Source: Octopus sinensis (taxonomy: Eukaryota). From it: a DNA stretch of 64,000 nucleotides. Where the stretch lies: assembly GCF_006345805.1 (NCBI RefSeq), contig NC_043011.1, positions 31,570,464 through 31,634,463 of the forward strand, in the 5' to 3' direction. Position 1 is the stretch's first letter. Every line of letters begins with the position of its first letter. The position numbers and the translations under genes are program-made. Below the pieces are notes generated by a model. That model made no database searches. It was not told where the DNA came from and was given only the letters and a program-made list of their open reading frames with translations. This document shows, piece after piece, positions 23,961-38,386 of this stretch.

Positions 23961-25699
23961 GACTTATTCAATAATCCTGTTCTTGTTTGGTTTTTCGTGT
24001 CAGGTAAGTTTCCAGAAACTATCTAAACGTCCTAAAACAAGTTAAACTTTCCGGCTACGGGCTTGTGAACTATAATATAAACAACGAAACGAAGTAATAG
24101 ACATCTACAAGCTAACCTAAGAACTACCTTAATATCCGACCCAGTCCAGTGTTCCGTAACCTTCTTTCAGTACTACAATCCCCTTCTAAATATATATTCC
24201 AGCAATAATGTAGAGGCCCCTCTGAAAATTATTTCGTGTAATGTGATAGCTGTAAGCTGCGATATCCCTACCCTTATGTATATGACATCTTTCCTCTTCT
24301 CTCTAATTGCTTTTCCCTATAATCACTCGACTTAACACGAAGATTCCCTGTTCAAACAGACATATTACCTCATCATCCACTTCTATACTAGGATATTATT
24401 AGAGATGTATTACTTTAGAGTAGGAAACAAAATATCGAGTGTTTATCTCTCTATCTTAAGGAAAACAACAGTAGCTGACCGCATTGACCGTATATCGAAC
24501 TTACAACAGGTTCATTCAATCGAGCTTTTCTCAGTTAGTTGACAAACATGTATCTAATGAAACAGCAAATAATCACTGAATATTTAATTTTCGAATGTCA
24601 TGCAGAATTAAATAAAATTTAGTCAATCCTTTCGAACGACTATCATTGTATAGATGTGGATCAAACTTGGACTCCCTCCGTTAACCGTATAAAATAAATG
24701 GATTTTATCTTTATTTCTTATTCTATGGAGGACTTTCAAAAATAAATTTCCACTAGCATCAATTTAGAAATTCTACCATCGTAATAAGTTTGCCAAGAAT
24801 AATAATAAACTTTTATTTTTATTACACTTTATTATTCTGCAAGATATAAAAAAAATATTTGCTCGGAGACAAGAAAAAATTGTGTTTATCTCAGTAACCT
24901 AATAAAGGTTATAGCGAGAAACAGGTCAAACTCTTCCCTGTGTAGCTTATCTTCGCTTTTTCTCTTTAAGGTTATAGACTTTGGTATAAAGTGAGTGAAG
25001 CTGTGCGTTGAGTGTACTATAAGGCTACCCACCGTGTTATATAAATACTGCAAGAAAATCCATCAAAAGAGGAAAGAGCGATCGGCTAGCAGTAAACATT
25101 GCTGCAGCAAAGAGGAAGCTGAACGAAGCTAACAGCTTAATGGTAGTAGTGAGGTTACAGTAATTATAATGAAGTCTCGTTAGTTAACACCTTCTTTCCT
25201 GAATAACCTCTTTTCATTGGATAAAATTACTAAAATGTCTGTCAATCATTTACGGCCTTAACTAAATGGAGCCCTGCCATTGGATAATATTCAAGGAACC
25301 TGTAAATCACGTGCGTATCCCCCTCCTTCACTTTAATGACAATGGTCCCAAACGAAAGGGAAAAAAAAGACGAAAATACTTGGCCGAGGAACGGAACGTT
25401 GCTATATGTTCTGCCGCTTACAAAAATGAGTTACGTTGGGAGATATTATTATTGATTTGTTTTCTTGATAATACAGCAATCGGATTAAAATTTCCCAAAT
25501 TAATTAAAGGATACATTAATTTGCTTACAGAAAATATGCATATTTTTTTACTGGAGAAAATTAAATCCAAAACGGAATAACGCTTACGCGTAACGATACT
25601 GTGTATGCTAAGAGTTGAGTAATTTGTCTACTACAAAGAGAATTGAATATGTCTGACGGCGTGTTTTAATTAAAAGTACATTTTATGGACTAATAGTGT

Positions 25700-26500
25700 T
25701 TTAACTTCTTCTGAAGTTATTAAAAAAAAATTCCCAAACCTATATCTCGCATAGAGTTATGCTATATATTGATACTCTTGCTGCCGGCTGCCAATCTTGG
25801 GATAGTCTGAACGAAAGGTAAGCTTTCAGCGTGTTCGAACCCAATCTAGGTCGCCATTTTGTCTAGTTTTACCCATTCCTTATTTTTAATAACACTTTCT
25901 TCTCAACATCTCTGCTATTATCAATCGCTTTTGAATCCACTTTAATAAATTGTCGTGCAGATATTCCAAATATTTAACAATCGGTGTCCGTCCAAATCCT
26001 AGCGTTGTCAGAATGACCTACGATGACCAAATGGTGCGTTGATCTCTAGTGGGGGGATTGCACAGACTATCTGTTTTGTTGATAATGAAGGGCTGAAAAT
26101 CTATTTACTTTAGTGTTTATTTCCCTCGCATTATCGCCAATTTTTCTCTTCGTTGCCTTTCTTAGTCTGGTTGGCCACTGTCACCGCTAGTTTTGTGTTT
26201 TTAAACTATACATAAGACATTTTATGTGTTATGATTGCTTTCTCTGTCTGTCTTCTGTTCGGTCTTTATTTAAAGAGTCCAGTCGGCGGCGATGGCTACT
26301 GTTGCAAATAATACACAACTCGTTCGCTCTCTCTCTCTCTCTCTCTCTCTCTGCTTCTCCTCGTCCTGTTTCTGGCCCCTTTCAGAATTTCTCCTTCCTT
26401 TATTTTATTAATAATGTTATTGCTTATTATTTTTCCCTTGTGTTGTTGGTTCTTGATGGCGATTCCATCTGCCCCAACAACAACCAACTGTTGCGGTAGT
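25700..26500 (+). promoter_or_regulatory. Candidate distal promoter / non-coding first exon of the E-protein gene
   Basis: CpG-retaining region with no interspersed repeats, a strong donor AAG|GTAAGC at 25817/25818, YY1-like CGCCATTTT at 25852-25860 and a G/T-skewed tract downstream. Inference only. Confidence 0.3.
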
Positions 26501-28365
26501 TGAGTTTAAAAGCTGATGGTGGTGGTGGTGGTGGTGGTGCTACTGTTGTTGGTGATGCTCGTGTTTATTGCTTGACGATGATGATCGTGATAATGGCTCT
26601 CTCCTAGTATTATTGTTGATGATGTTCATGCTACTGCTGCTGATGGTGGTGATGGCGATGATAGTAACAATTCATATTTTTGGAGATGTTGACGTCGAGT
26701 GCTTGTACTAATAACTATAGTATCGGTGGTAGTGTTCATGGTGCTATTATTTGGTCAATAATATAAGATGACAGTGGTGAGATTGTTGGCGGTAATATTA
26801 TAGTGTTTGTAATAATGATGATGGTTTCTGGAGCCGTTATAGCCGTCGTAAAACACCAATTAATTGGGTACTACTAGCGAATTGTAATTAAAATAATGAG
26901 TAATGTTTAATTAAAAAGATACATAGGCTACAAGTGATGGTGACTGCATTATATAGCTTTTGTAAAAAATATAACGGTGACTAGTTCTGTTGTTGTTTAG
27001 CTACAGGTCAACTTGTGGTCAAAGGATTTCCATTTGTGACCACCCTATTTAAACATATTTAAGGTGGTAGGATGTGATTTGAGATATTTGATTTCTATTT
27101 CTAGCTGGTTCATCGACCATATAGAGACTCCTTCGTTAAGATCTTGGTGGTACTTACTGTTGGTAATAGTATAGCTGCTACTTGTATTAATTAATGGTGT
27201 TGGTGGTAGTGTTCGTACAGTGGTTGCAACACTGGCTGTGGTGTTTTGTTGATATCTCGGATGTAGTGTTATCTAAGTGGTGCTTATGGTGATGATAAGC
27301 AATAGCGGTGCATGTAATTGTGCTGGTGATTGTGATGGTCCCTGCATTTATGATGATAGTGGTGCGATGCTTTTGATATTAACTAGAGATGTTCATCCTA
27401 AGGATATTGTGCATTGATAGTGTGCTAATATTGGTATCATATTACTGTTGGTGTTTTGGTAATACTAACAACACTAGCTTTGATATTTATACTTTGTGAT
27501 AACGGTGATGGTTGTTATCTAGGCCCGGGTCAGTCGTGATTGAACTGTTATCAGGAGCAAAGACGTTCCAGCCTTGGCCCACACCGTCAACGTACGGACA
27601 TCTAGGACAACGTTATCCTTTCCTTATTTCAGATAGCAGGGTGTGATTCAATGAAGCCTTTTTTAGATTTGACTGCTATTTCTAGCAGGTCGAGTGAGCA
27701 CATAGAGGCTCACTAACGGTTAGCATGGTTACCTTCCATGGTGATGGTTGTGTTAATATTAGTGGCTGTGATAATGATGTACTTATATTAGTGGTGAGTA
27801 CGCACTTGATGCTGATTGTAGCACTAGTGTTCAAAGTATGTTTGTGCTGTGGTACTTGCGCTAAATGAGATGTTAAAAGTGGTAGATAGCTAGTGATAAT
27901 AATGATCATAGTAGCACTGGTACTGCTACTAGTGTTGATGACACAGAGGCGGTATGTGTATGTGGTGTCTATTGCCGGTTCTTGTGTGTGTGTGTGTTTT
28001 TATGGTTCTTGTTTAGCTTATAGATTGCATCTCCATTTAAATTGATATTATTTTATCGCTTTCGCTTCCGAAAAGCTGTGTGCTTTTTTGATTCATCTAT
28101 TAAAAATTTCTGGTAAAAATAACTTACTTCACTCCCTTCCTATATCCTTCTTTTGATTTCACAAAAATATGCCCTTTTTTTTCTCCCTTTCCTTTTCTTT
28201 CAGATATAAAGACATTTGCAAGTGAGAGATGTAAATCGCCTCATTTTAACCATGCCAAATGTTCCAAACTAGCCAGCATTTCCCCCGTAACACAAATATC
28301 TACACATACTCTACATGCACAACACATGGTGTCTTTTGTTATATAGCACCGAATCAGCTGTCTTG

Positions 28366-28431
<66 letters not shown>

Positions 28432-29053
28432 CACACACATGCATATAATGTGTCTAGTATCTAATTACCAACAACACACTCCTGCAGCCATCGTTGTTTA
28501 TATATACTAGATTTGGCGCAGGCAGTTGCGAGCTGCACTAATGTATACTTTACTACATTATACTAGTTCGCTACTTCACCGTTCTTAGTTCAGTTCACGC
28601 TGGTCTTGCAGTCTATTTTGTTGAATAAAATAAGGTTTTAGTGTACAAGAGTAAATTAAATCTGTTAATATTCCCTTTTTTTTTTTTCTTCAAAAATTGA
28701 CAGCAGAACTTTACATACATACACACACACACACCTCTATTCTGCTATTAGACTTGTTTCATTCAGTAAACAAAAAGTGTAATGGAAAATTAACTAATGA
28801 AGTAAACTAAGCAAAGTTGAATATTTTGCTTCTTCAGATTTTTATTTCTTCTAACTATATTTTTTTTTAAAATTTCATTATCATTCCCTGATTTGTTTAA
28901 TGCCATCAAAGTTATTTTTCTCTTTAAGTTACATTAATTATTTATTTTTCAAAATGTTTTTATTACTTTCAATGAAGAAAGAAAAAATCGTTTGTTTCCT
29001 AGAATTATAATAATAAACACTGACATTATATGAACGATGTCAATTAATATATA

Positions 29054-29095
<42 letters not shown>

Positions 29096-29349
29096 GCACA
29101 TACACACACACATACAGAGGATCTTATCGTTTGTTGTGGATTTCTTTGTTTTATAACATTTCTTAAATTGTTGAAAGTTCACTTCTTTTTTACGATACAA
29201 CACCAACCACAAGTGCTTTATTCATTTATTTTTATCTGAGCGATAATCCTTTCTTTGTATAGGGGGGAAAATCCTTAGGGATTTCGTTTTAGTAATAATT
29301 TTTTGTTGCGGGGTTTGATTACAATCTGGTTGTAACCTAGTTCTAGCGT

Positions 29350-29800
29350 GGATCTCTTCCAGGTTGTCTTCGCACGCCATCTTTTTGTTGCTCTTCCACA
29401 TAAACGTCTCTCACCCTTAACAATTTTAGCTTTTTCCTTACTTACTTCGTCTTTCACATTCGTTTTTTATGCTTAGGTCATAAATCTATCAACTTTTGTG
29501 GCATTTGCAACAATTCTGCATTATGTATGTGGCTCTATATAATATATATTTGTGAATTATTATCATCGATTTTGCGAACTTAAAAAAAAATGTATATCAT
29601 ATCTACTTGGTGTTTTGTGTTTAAAAAGTAAATGCTTGCGACTTGCAACGTAGCATACATTTTCGTCTCTGTTGTGTTTTGGTTCGATTAGTGTTTGACT
29701 GTTCTCTGTTGAAATCATGTGCAGATAGGTATAAAAGTGTGGCTGTGTGAGCCAGAGCAGCAGAGAAATGTTAGCAGTGCCGCCATGTTTGGGGGAATCT
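29350..29800 (+). promoter_or_regulatory. Candidate proximal promoter / 5' UTR exon
   Basis: Last CpG-rich stretch before the gene body, with YY1-like CGCCATCTT (29375-83) and GCCGCCATGTT (29779-89). Inference only. Confidence 0.3.
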
Positions 29801-31705
29801 GAGAAGCCTGTGAAAAGTCAACGAATAAATTGAGGCAGGAAGGAAAGCAGTCGTAACTAAGTCCTCCTCCTACACTAAAGCCACCACCATCATCATCACC
29901 ACAATAAGCTGCTGCCCCACTTTCCCTACCTTCATGGTTAACTATCACATTAGTTTCAGCCATTCAGTCTATCTATCCACACACCATCGTTGTTCAACTT
30001 GGCTATTTTACTGTCATAAAACAACACTTTGTCTCTAATCTAAATTTGCTTTCCTCTATAATTTATACAGATTCATCTTAAGAACGAGGGTTTTTCTCTT
30101 TTTTACACACCAACCTGCGATCTTTAATTTCGTCCACAATGTTTTCTGTTTATATCCATTGTTTAGCATATCAATTTTGAAGCTGTTTATCCCCATTAAG
30201 ATGGTAGAAACATTTTGTCATATCTACTTTTATGTTAGTTATTGTTCATATTTCACTTGTCTTTTCATCCAAACCTACATCACCATACTCACAAGTTTAA
30301 TTCATTACCTTAAATACTGTTTTTAAAAATTCGACGAATCTATAATTAATCTTATACGAAATTAATTGTCTCGTACAAAGTAAAAAAGAAAAAAAAAATT
30401 ATCATCATTATCTCTGTATTTTCCACTATTTCTGTTTCTTATTGAAAAAAAAAAAGTCTTGTCTGTCTTAAGTATTTATCTGTAAAATATCATGTTATAA
30501 AGTTTACCTGATGTGTACGTGTGTGTGTTTATTCTTGGTTAAATATAAAGCTGTGAACAAGTTGTAAAAATTTGTTCCTTAGGATAGATATATAGAGTTG
30601 TGATTGCGATATAGTTGATAACTAACTGGAACAAGTACACAAGTACCATGCCTGAAAAAAAAATCCTTCTGCTGCTTACTTCTATTAATACCCAAAGTAG
30701 AACACTTTAAAGTCTTTCATCAACAAATTAGAAATGATAATTAAATGTTATAAAGCTTAGTGCCTTGTTTACTTTATATTACTAATACTAATTATTTCAT
30801 AAGCAGCACCTCATTTTCTCCAGCCTCTTGATAATATAATTTATTAAGTCTTTCTCACCAAGCTGAGTATTTTGTTTTTCCAAATATTTAATATGATATA
30901 TAATTTGAGATAATTTACAAGAACACAAGAAAGTTTCATCACTAGATTAAGGCAACAGAATATTTTATTGTATTTAAAGCTAAATAAATGCAATTTATTT
31001 TATACTTAGAAAAAAATCTCTTGGGTTGAAATTAGTGTAATTGTCTAAATAAGATCACAGAACCTACGAAATGCTTGCAAATGGAATGTAGAATGGTTAT
31101 AATTGACCCCATTCTTAAGGGGTTTGCAAGTTGGACGAATGATCTTCAGATATCTTGGTTAATATAAATTAAAAGTTTACTATTGTTTACAAGTGTAAGA
31201 CATCGTAGATACCAGTTTTATAGTTGTTTTTTCCTTAAGTAAAATATTAAATTTATACCTCCTCATGTTCTCAGAAGATATTTTTAAGTCTGACTTAAAA
31301 TGAGTTTGATATTCCTTAAAGTATGTTCATTTTAAAATACTTGATTTTTTTTAATCATGAAAAATCGATTAAATTATATGTATATATCTAAAAAAAAACC
31401 TGAAGTGTGTGCGTGTAGATATGTATATACATATACTCACAATTAAGAAGGTGTATGTGCATAAAGTATTGTTTACTATATGTGTGTATAAATGTGTGTG
31501 TGGTACCCCATGTGTATACACAGTACCTTGCTGGTATACATTTATATGCTTAAATATAAAAAATAAAGCTGATTACATACAATGATGAATGTTAATCTTC
31601 ATAGAAAATTATCGCTACAGAAATCTGTATTAAGTTTTGACTGTTTGGTAATTTAATCCAATTCACTCATTCCTTTTCATTTCTTCTTTTTATTAGGATT
31701 TCTGA

Positions 31706-31749
31706 ATGAGTACCAAAGAGATGGAAGGGCAAGGAGGATCTCATTCCAG
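31706..31749 (+). CDS. TCF12: E-protein (TCF3/4/12, daughterless family) candidate first coding exon, MSTKEMEGQGGSHS(R)
   Basis: Pyrimidine tract plus TAG acceptor (exon starts 31697), in-frame TGA immediately before ATG 31706 and CAG|GT donor at 31749/50. The phase-2 end joins exactly in frame with exon 43090-43168. Confidence 0.65.
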
Positions 31750-32456
31750 GTATTCATTTATTCATTATACTGTATTTAGAATTCTACCATTATTTTTGCC
31801 AAATGTTTCAGAAAAACTTTTTTGAACATAGTTCATTTGGAAAATCTATAAAAAAAAATGACATCAAAACAGTCAATGCACAGTGTTAATATGATAAATA
31901 CTTCTGTAATACTGTTTATATATTATTGATACTGTGTTTTGATGATATTTTTATAGATTATATTATTGGTCTCTAGCAGGTGAAAATCAGAAAAATAGGT
32001 TTTTCCAAAAAATTTCCTTTGAATCGAATAGGTTAAATAATTTGGAGTTTTTAAAATTAAATTTTATATAAAAAAAATTTGTTTTAATTATACCCCTTCC
32101 CTTCTTATTTTTTTTTTTTTACTAATAAGGGTAAATATTTATCCCTTGTAGTAGTGTGGTAAACAGTTGTTTTGTTTTGATATTAGAGGTATCAGTGATG
32201 TTCAGTCAGTCCTATTGATTTCAGAGCATTGCATGTGGAATTGTGATGGTCATTCTGTTTTGCAAGAATATTATTAGCAAAGTAAGCGAAATAGCTGTGA
32301 CTGGGAGCTGAACATGAATTTAATAATTCCACTTGAATAGTTGTGCTGATATTTGGAGACAATATTGGCATTTACATAGTAAATTACTGACTGATAATTG
32401 CTTCAGTGAATGAACAAGGAATGAATTAGCCACTCTGATTTATGAAATAGGAAATT

Positions 32457-32487
<31 letters not shown>

Positions 32488-34384
32488 ATTTCTTTTGCAT
32501 TAAACAGGTACCTTCAAAATATAGTAGAAATGTATTTGATAAGGAGGGGAGGAAACTATAAGAATGAATTTATAAATAACACATGCATAGTGTGTGGTGC
32601 CTGTCTAGAAAATTCCAGAAGATTGAAATTAAGCTAAACATTTTCACCCACTCCTCTCTGTTGTTAATCCTCTGTATGTGCAGTACCATCATAGCATAGG
32701 CATTACTCTCTGTTCTTGGTTCTCAGTGCTTTTAATTGCAGCATTAACTTCTGAATCCTACACCTCCACTATCATACTTTATCAGTATTAGGTAGGAAAA
32801 CATGATGTCAGTTATTAAATTCACAAAGTTAATTTATAATAGAATCTCTTCATATTTCACTATTACTATTTTTTTTCTTTAAATTTAAATATTTCATTTA
32901 AGATTTCTGTTTATTACTATCCTATGATATGGATGAAGTATATTTCTAACATGTTTCTGAAGTGTTTATATTTAATGAAGGGCTAAAGACGGTGGCTACT
33001 AGATTTTATAGGAAATTTCAAATGAGAATGTAGGTTACATTGTATAAATTAAGGATGCTTTGCATTTTTTCTGTCTAAGCTGTTTTCTTGGGCATGTTAA
33101 ATTGCTCATATCTGATCCTCATCATATGTCTTACTCAACCTCGAGGTCAGCTTATCTATATTTTGAAACTATACTTAGATAAATATTTTTGCTTTATATT
33201 TTTCCTTCATTGATATACTATAGTTAAAATACATAACTTTCATCTTTTTATGTTTTGTTAAAATACTGCCATATATTTTAAGTGGAAACTAATGTTCTCA
33301 AAATCATTGCAGACTGTATACAACAGCTGTTTTGTGCTAATAGGATAAAGGTTAATAATTCATTATTATTAAAACATGTTAAAGATCTTTACTCTCAACT
33401 CTTATTCTCTTAATATTTGTTTTTCATTTTTTGTTAATGCTGATGATAAAATAGAAACAGTAGTAGAATACCAAGCTAACTGTTTTATACTATTTAGTTG
33501 GTTCTGAGTTCAAATCTTACTGAAGTTAATATGTACTAGTTACACAGGCCTGAGGTGTTTTGGCACAGCCATTTTGGTACAAACCTATTTGGCATTGCTA
33601 AGATGTTTTGATGTTTCTGTTCTCTCTCTCCTTTTTGTTCCCTTTCTCTTCATGTGTATGAGGAGATGGAAAGTGTTTGTCATTCATGTTCAATTCATAA
33701 ACTGTAATGTCTTTTGCTTTCTCTCGCATTTTTTCTTCTTCTCTATCTGTGAATTTCTGTACATGTGTATTTGCTAACAGCACCAAAAAGTACTGTTGCC
33801 AAATCGTACTGAGTGACTAGTCAGCTATGCCAAATTGTCTCATTCCGTAGTGACACACTTGACTCAATTCAGTAAAATAAGGACCTTCCCTCAGAAGCTA
33901 GCTTTGACATAAGTAAAGCAAAAGAGAATGAGTTGATATGCAGGTATATGAAAGTGGAATTGCCAGAAATTCCATGCAAATAATTGTGTTCAACACATCA
34001 GTTTTGAGAAATGTGGGAAACACACAGCTATTTAATTTTGTTGTGGGGTGCAAACATGAGCTGCCTGTTATGATAGCAAGGATTCTTTTTGTTTAAAATA
34101 TTCCTACATGCCATCTAAAACATTAGCCTGGTGAAGACAGGCATCATCATTTAACATCCACTTTTCCATACTTGCATGGGTCTGGTGGAATTTGTTGAGG
34201 TAGATTCTCTATAGTTTGATGCTCTTCCTGTTGCCAACCCTCCCCTACATACATATATACATATGTATATATATTTTCATCATAAGAAGGTAGGAAACGA
34301 ACATCTTTTGTATGATGATGAAGCTCATTTACAATCGTCACATGATGTCAAAACAAAGGTACATACAGACATAAGCACATGCAC

Positions 34385-34550
34385 ACATATACATGGGCTT
34401 CTTTCAGTTTCTGTCTTCTAAATCTGCTTGTAAGGCTTTGGTCAACCTGGGGCTTTAATGGTAGACACTTGCCCAAGATGCCATGCAGTGGGACTGACCC
34501 CAAGATAACATGTTTAAGAAGCAAGCTTCTTAACCACATAGCCATGCCTG
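34385..34550 (-). mobile_element. CpG-decayed family B SINE (intronic)
   Basis: ggcttctttcagtttctgtc...gacacttgcccaagatgccatgcagtgggactga. Confidence 0.75.
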
Positions 34551-34737
34551 TACCTATAATATTTATGAGATTGAAAGAACTTTTGAGACTAGCTGCAGTC
34601 AGCCTTGTTATTGTTGGTGGCATGATAAGATTCACTTAGTCCACACTGTAAGATATACATGGCTATAATGTTCACTGTTTTTCACTATGGCTGTGTGTGT
34701 GTTAGATAACGATTGCAAGACATTTCAAGACATGCCC

Positions 34738-34763
34738 ATTTTTGTATGCGGGCATACAAAAAT
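34738..34763. repeat. Perfect 12-bp inverted repeat with 2-nt spacer
   Basis: atttttgtatgc-gg-gcatacaaaaat. Confidence 0.9.
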
Positions 34764-37700
34764 TGACATAAAAATGATAATGAATCTTAGAATTTTGTGT
34801 ACATCTAAACATTAACAAAGTCATTCAAATTGTTCTAAGTAACCTAATCTTTTTGAAAAGATTTGTGATTTGCTCTTAGATGTAGGTAGATGTCTGAAGT
34901 CAGTGGTCAGTGTAGTATCTGTAAAAGAAGTGGAGGCTTAAACAACTGAAGGCAATCCATCAGCATCATCATTTAACGTTAGTACTCCAATAGGATCTGA
35001 CAAGACAGAATTGCATTGAGCTCCAGTGTCTATTTTGGGATGGTTTCTACAGCTAGATGCCCTTCCTAACGCCAATCACTCTACATAGTGTACTGTGTGC
35101 TTTTGTCATGATACTGGTACTAGTGCTGTTACCAAGTAAGTTGCAACACACAGTGGGGATTCACTACTGAGAGAGATTGCTTTATGCCAAGTGTTGAGAG
35201 GCTAAAGTATACCTCAGGGACATATGTATCTCCTTGCTGTAGAGGAGATACCTAGCTACCTCAGAAGGAAATGGAGAAAGGAGAGTGGAATTGAGATGTT
35301 GGGACATATTCTCAAAGTAAAAAAAGGGTGAGTAGAGAGAGGAGTAAGGATTGAGAATGGCTGGGTGGGTGGGTTTGTTGGTTTGCAATAGTGTGTAGGG
35401 AGAGTGACAGACAGATGGGTGGTGGAGAGCAATGATATAATAAAATTGTAGATAGATGTGAAATGTAGTTGAGAAAGAGATGTTCAGTGATAGAGGTCAG
35501 TCACATGGAGGTGGACATTGTGACAGAATAAGTAGGCAGGTAGGATATGATAGCATACACGAGAGGGTGTTCAGGAAGAAAAGGGCATTTGGTAGAAAAT
35601 AATATGGTAAAGGATGATTGATGAGAATGTGGAGTGGATGCCAAAGGAAGTTGTTCCAAGGAAATGGATAATTGGTAAGCATCAAAAACAAGTATGGAAT
35701 ATGTACAGTTCTACTGACATATACTTACAGCAGCAGAGGATATAGTGTTGTTAAGGGTTGAATAGTGTAAGAAGGAACTGCTGTTACAAAGATGTTGTAG
35801 GGAAGGTTTTACATGTACAGATTGCATATGAGCACATAGACATTAATGATATGCCTTGAGTACTTCATTTTTTGCTGAGGTGGATGAGTTTTCTTGAGCA
35901 CAGCAAATTGCCAAGCATCTTGGAACTTCATCCCATGTCTTCATGGGTCTCCATCTTTTGTAAGTTCCATATCTATTTAGCAATCAGCACTTGGTGTCCA
36001 TACACATCATTTGACCATACTAGCTCTGTCTTTTGCACACTATATCTGATGCTTCTTATGCCTAATTTTTCTCTCAATATATTTCCATTTTATCCCTTGT
36101 GCACAATTAATTAGAAAAAATACTCCCAAATCAAAAAGTATGTTTCACCCCCCCCCTATTACCATTGTATTAGCTAGAATACTGGTGCCACAGGTCCCTA
36201 ATCTTTCAGTTTAAAAGAGTAAAAATTTGAAAGTCTTGAGAGGGTAGTATAAAATAGCTTGAGTTATCTGTGCTTCAAGTTCAAATTTTGTCAGGCTTGA
36301 CTTTGCTTTTTATCCTTTTAGGGTCGTGGATTGATGATATTGTTAGCACAACTGACAGGATGCCTTGTGGTATTTGTTCTGGTTCTTTGCATTCTGTGTT
36401 CTTCGGTGGTTGATTGAGTGTTCCGGGAGGCAGATTAAGTAAACTGCCTCCCAGAAACAAAACCAACTGGCATCTTGAGTGTTTTAGTGAAGTTCTCTCT
36501 GTTACAAGCATTTGTTTTTTAACTCTTTGACTGTGTAATTAAATTTCATGGCCATTCCTGTTATGATGTTAATTATCCACCTAAAAATAGAAATTGGTAT
36601 TTTTCTACTTCTGAAGTGCTTTTTCAGTATCTCTTGTCGAAACAGTTTTCATATTCACCATTAAAAGTATTTGAATCTTATTTTTGTGAAGAGATATTTG
36701 ATGAAATATGTGAAAAAAATTAAAATTTGAAGAATTGTATTTTGTAAAAAGTGTCCCTGGTGGTTGTCTCTGCTTCTTGCAGGGTAAGGAGAGATTTATT
36801 TTTTCCCAAAGCTATTCAGTAAAATTGCTTTCTGCAGTTATGGGAAATATGTCTGCTTTCCGCATTCTGGCTCTGTAGTACAAATGTCTTGTTTTCCTAA
36901 GTTTTGAATGAAAATCTTCCACCAAATCTTGGTCACAATTTTTGTTCCTAACATCAGCTTAATGATAACCTAAGTTATTTTACTAAATTCTTTGTTATAT
37001 TTAAAATTAATTGAAAGAAACACAGAGCATCTCAAAATAAATATGGTAACAAAAGGGTTAATGAACTCTGAAGTTATCTGCTCTTCCCTCCCTAATTAAG
37101 CAGTAGAAAAAATTTCTTAACTCAGTTCTCAAGACAAAGGTTCTTTTCTTTTTCTAGAATCTTGACTAAATGACTTAATCTGTGATAGTACATTGAAACT
37201 GCAACAATATTTACCGTGGTAGAAATATGATAGACACTTAAAACATACAATATATTGTCATAATCACTTTGTAATAATGTATATTATACGTCTGTGTGTT
37301 TTGCTATACATCTAGGGGTTTATCAAAAATGCAACTAACATGACTATAATGGTATATGTGTCTTAAAAGGCTGTCATGGCTCTACCATGATCCTAGTGTT
37401 TGACTAAAATAGGTTTCTGGATTTACCAAAAAAAAGCAAAAAAAATCAATATCCCATTATTTTCATATCTACACAAGAAAAAAAGACCAACAAAAATCCC
37501 AGCAAATTATATGTTTGAATAATGTGTAAGATGAATGTAAAATTTATTTCAGCCTAGGATTTTATGTAGTATTATAAAAAAGTGTGCGGAGGGAGGGTTC
37601 CCTTTTTCACTCTCTCTTTCTCTCTTTTACACACCACACGCTCACACACTTGTATATGCTCTGCAATGATATATTATGATTATGTTAATCTGTTAAGTCA

Positions 37701-38089
37701 TGCTAAAACAGATGTTTTCAGTACCAGGTATAGTCCATATTGATCATTATCAGTGAAGATCTCCAGCTGATGTATTCTTCTTTATAAATTAAAAAAAAAA
37801 ACAAAACAAAGGTATACTTTTGCAACCTTTTTTGCCTGTTATATTTGATCCATTGTTTAATTTAACAGCATTTGGTTGCCTTTAGCAAAGCCCACTTTGA
37901 TGTGAGCATTTGGGCCAGGTCCTATGGTCTAAGGATAACGCCATCCCCTTTTTCTACCCATTTTGGAAGTCCTGCAAAAAGGTGATAGGTGCTACTGTTC
38001 TTGTTTTCATTAAGTTTCTTAAAAAGATGAACAAGACATTTTGAAACTTTATTTTTCACTGAGCTCCTTTCCTAATGAAGTATGAGAAG

Positions 38090-38386
38090 CATCATCATCA
38101 TCATCATCATCATCATTTAGCGTCCGCTTTCCATGCTAGCATGGGTTGGACGGTTCAACTGGGGTCTGTGAAGCTGGAAGGCTTCGTCAGGCCCAGTCAG
38201 ATCTGGCAGTGTTTCTACGGCTGGATGCCCTTCCTAACGCCAACCACTCCGTGAGTGTAGTGGGTGCTTTTTACATGCCACCCACACAGGTGCCAGACAG
38301 AGCTGGCAAACGGCCACGAACGGTGCTTTTACGTGGCAACGGACACGAACGGATGGTGCTTTTACGTGCCACCGACACGGGGGGCC
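38090..38386 (-). mobile_element. Young non-autonomous retroelement with RTE-type 3' tail (family C)
   Basis: Minus-strand tail gcggacgctaaatgatgatg with internal ~50-bp tandem units and CpGs intact. Close inverted match to 53070-53488. Older fragments at ~34170, 34960, 40220, 52870, 57520 and 59460. Confidence 0.75.

Noticed and set aside
33440-33470. Other CTGATGA...GAAA hammerhead-like matches (also minus strand near 45240 and 49010)
   Set aside because: Stems I and II cannot form, which is expected by chance in AT-rich DNA.
37712-37727. AG|ATGTTTTCAGTACCAG|GT micro-exon encoding MFSVP, resembling the MFSPP that follows DFSA in E-proteins
   Set aside because: It lies upstream of the DFSA exon, has a poor pyrimidine tract and would shift the frame if included. 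Likely chance unless the assembly is mis-ordered.
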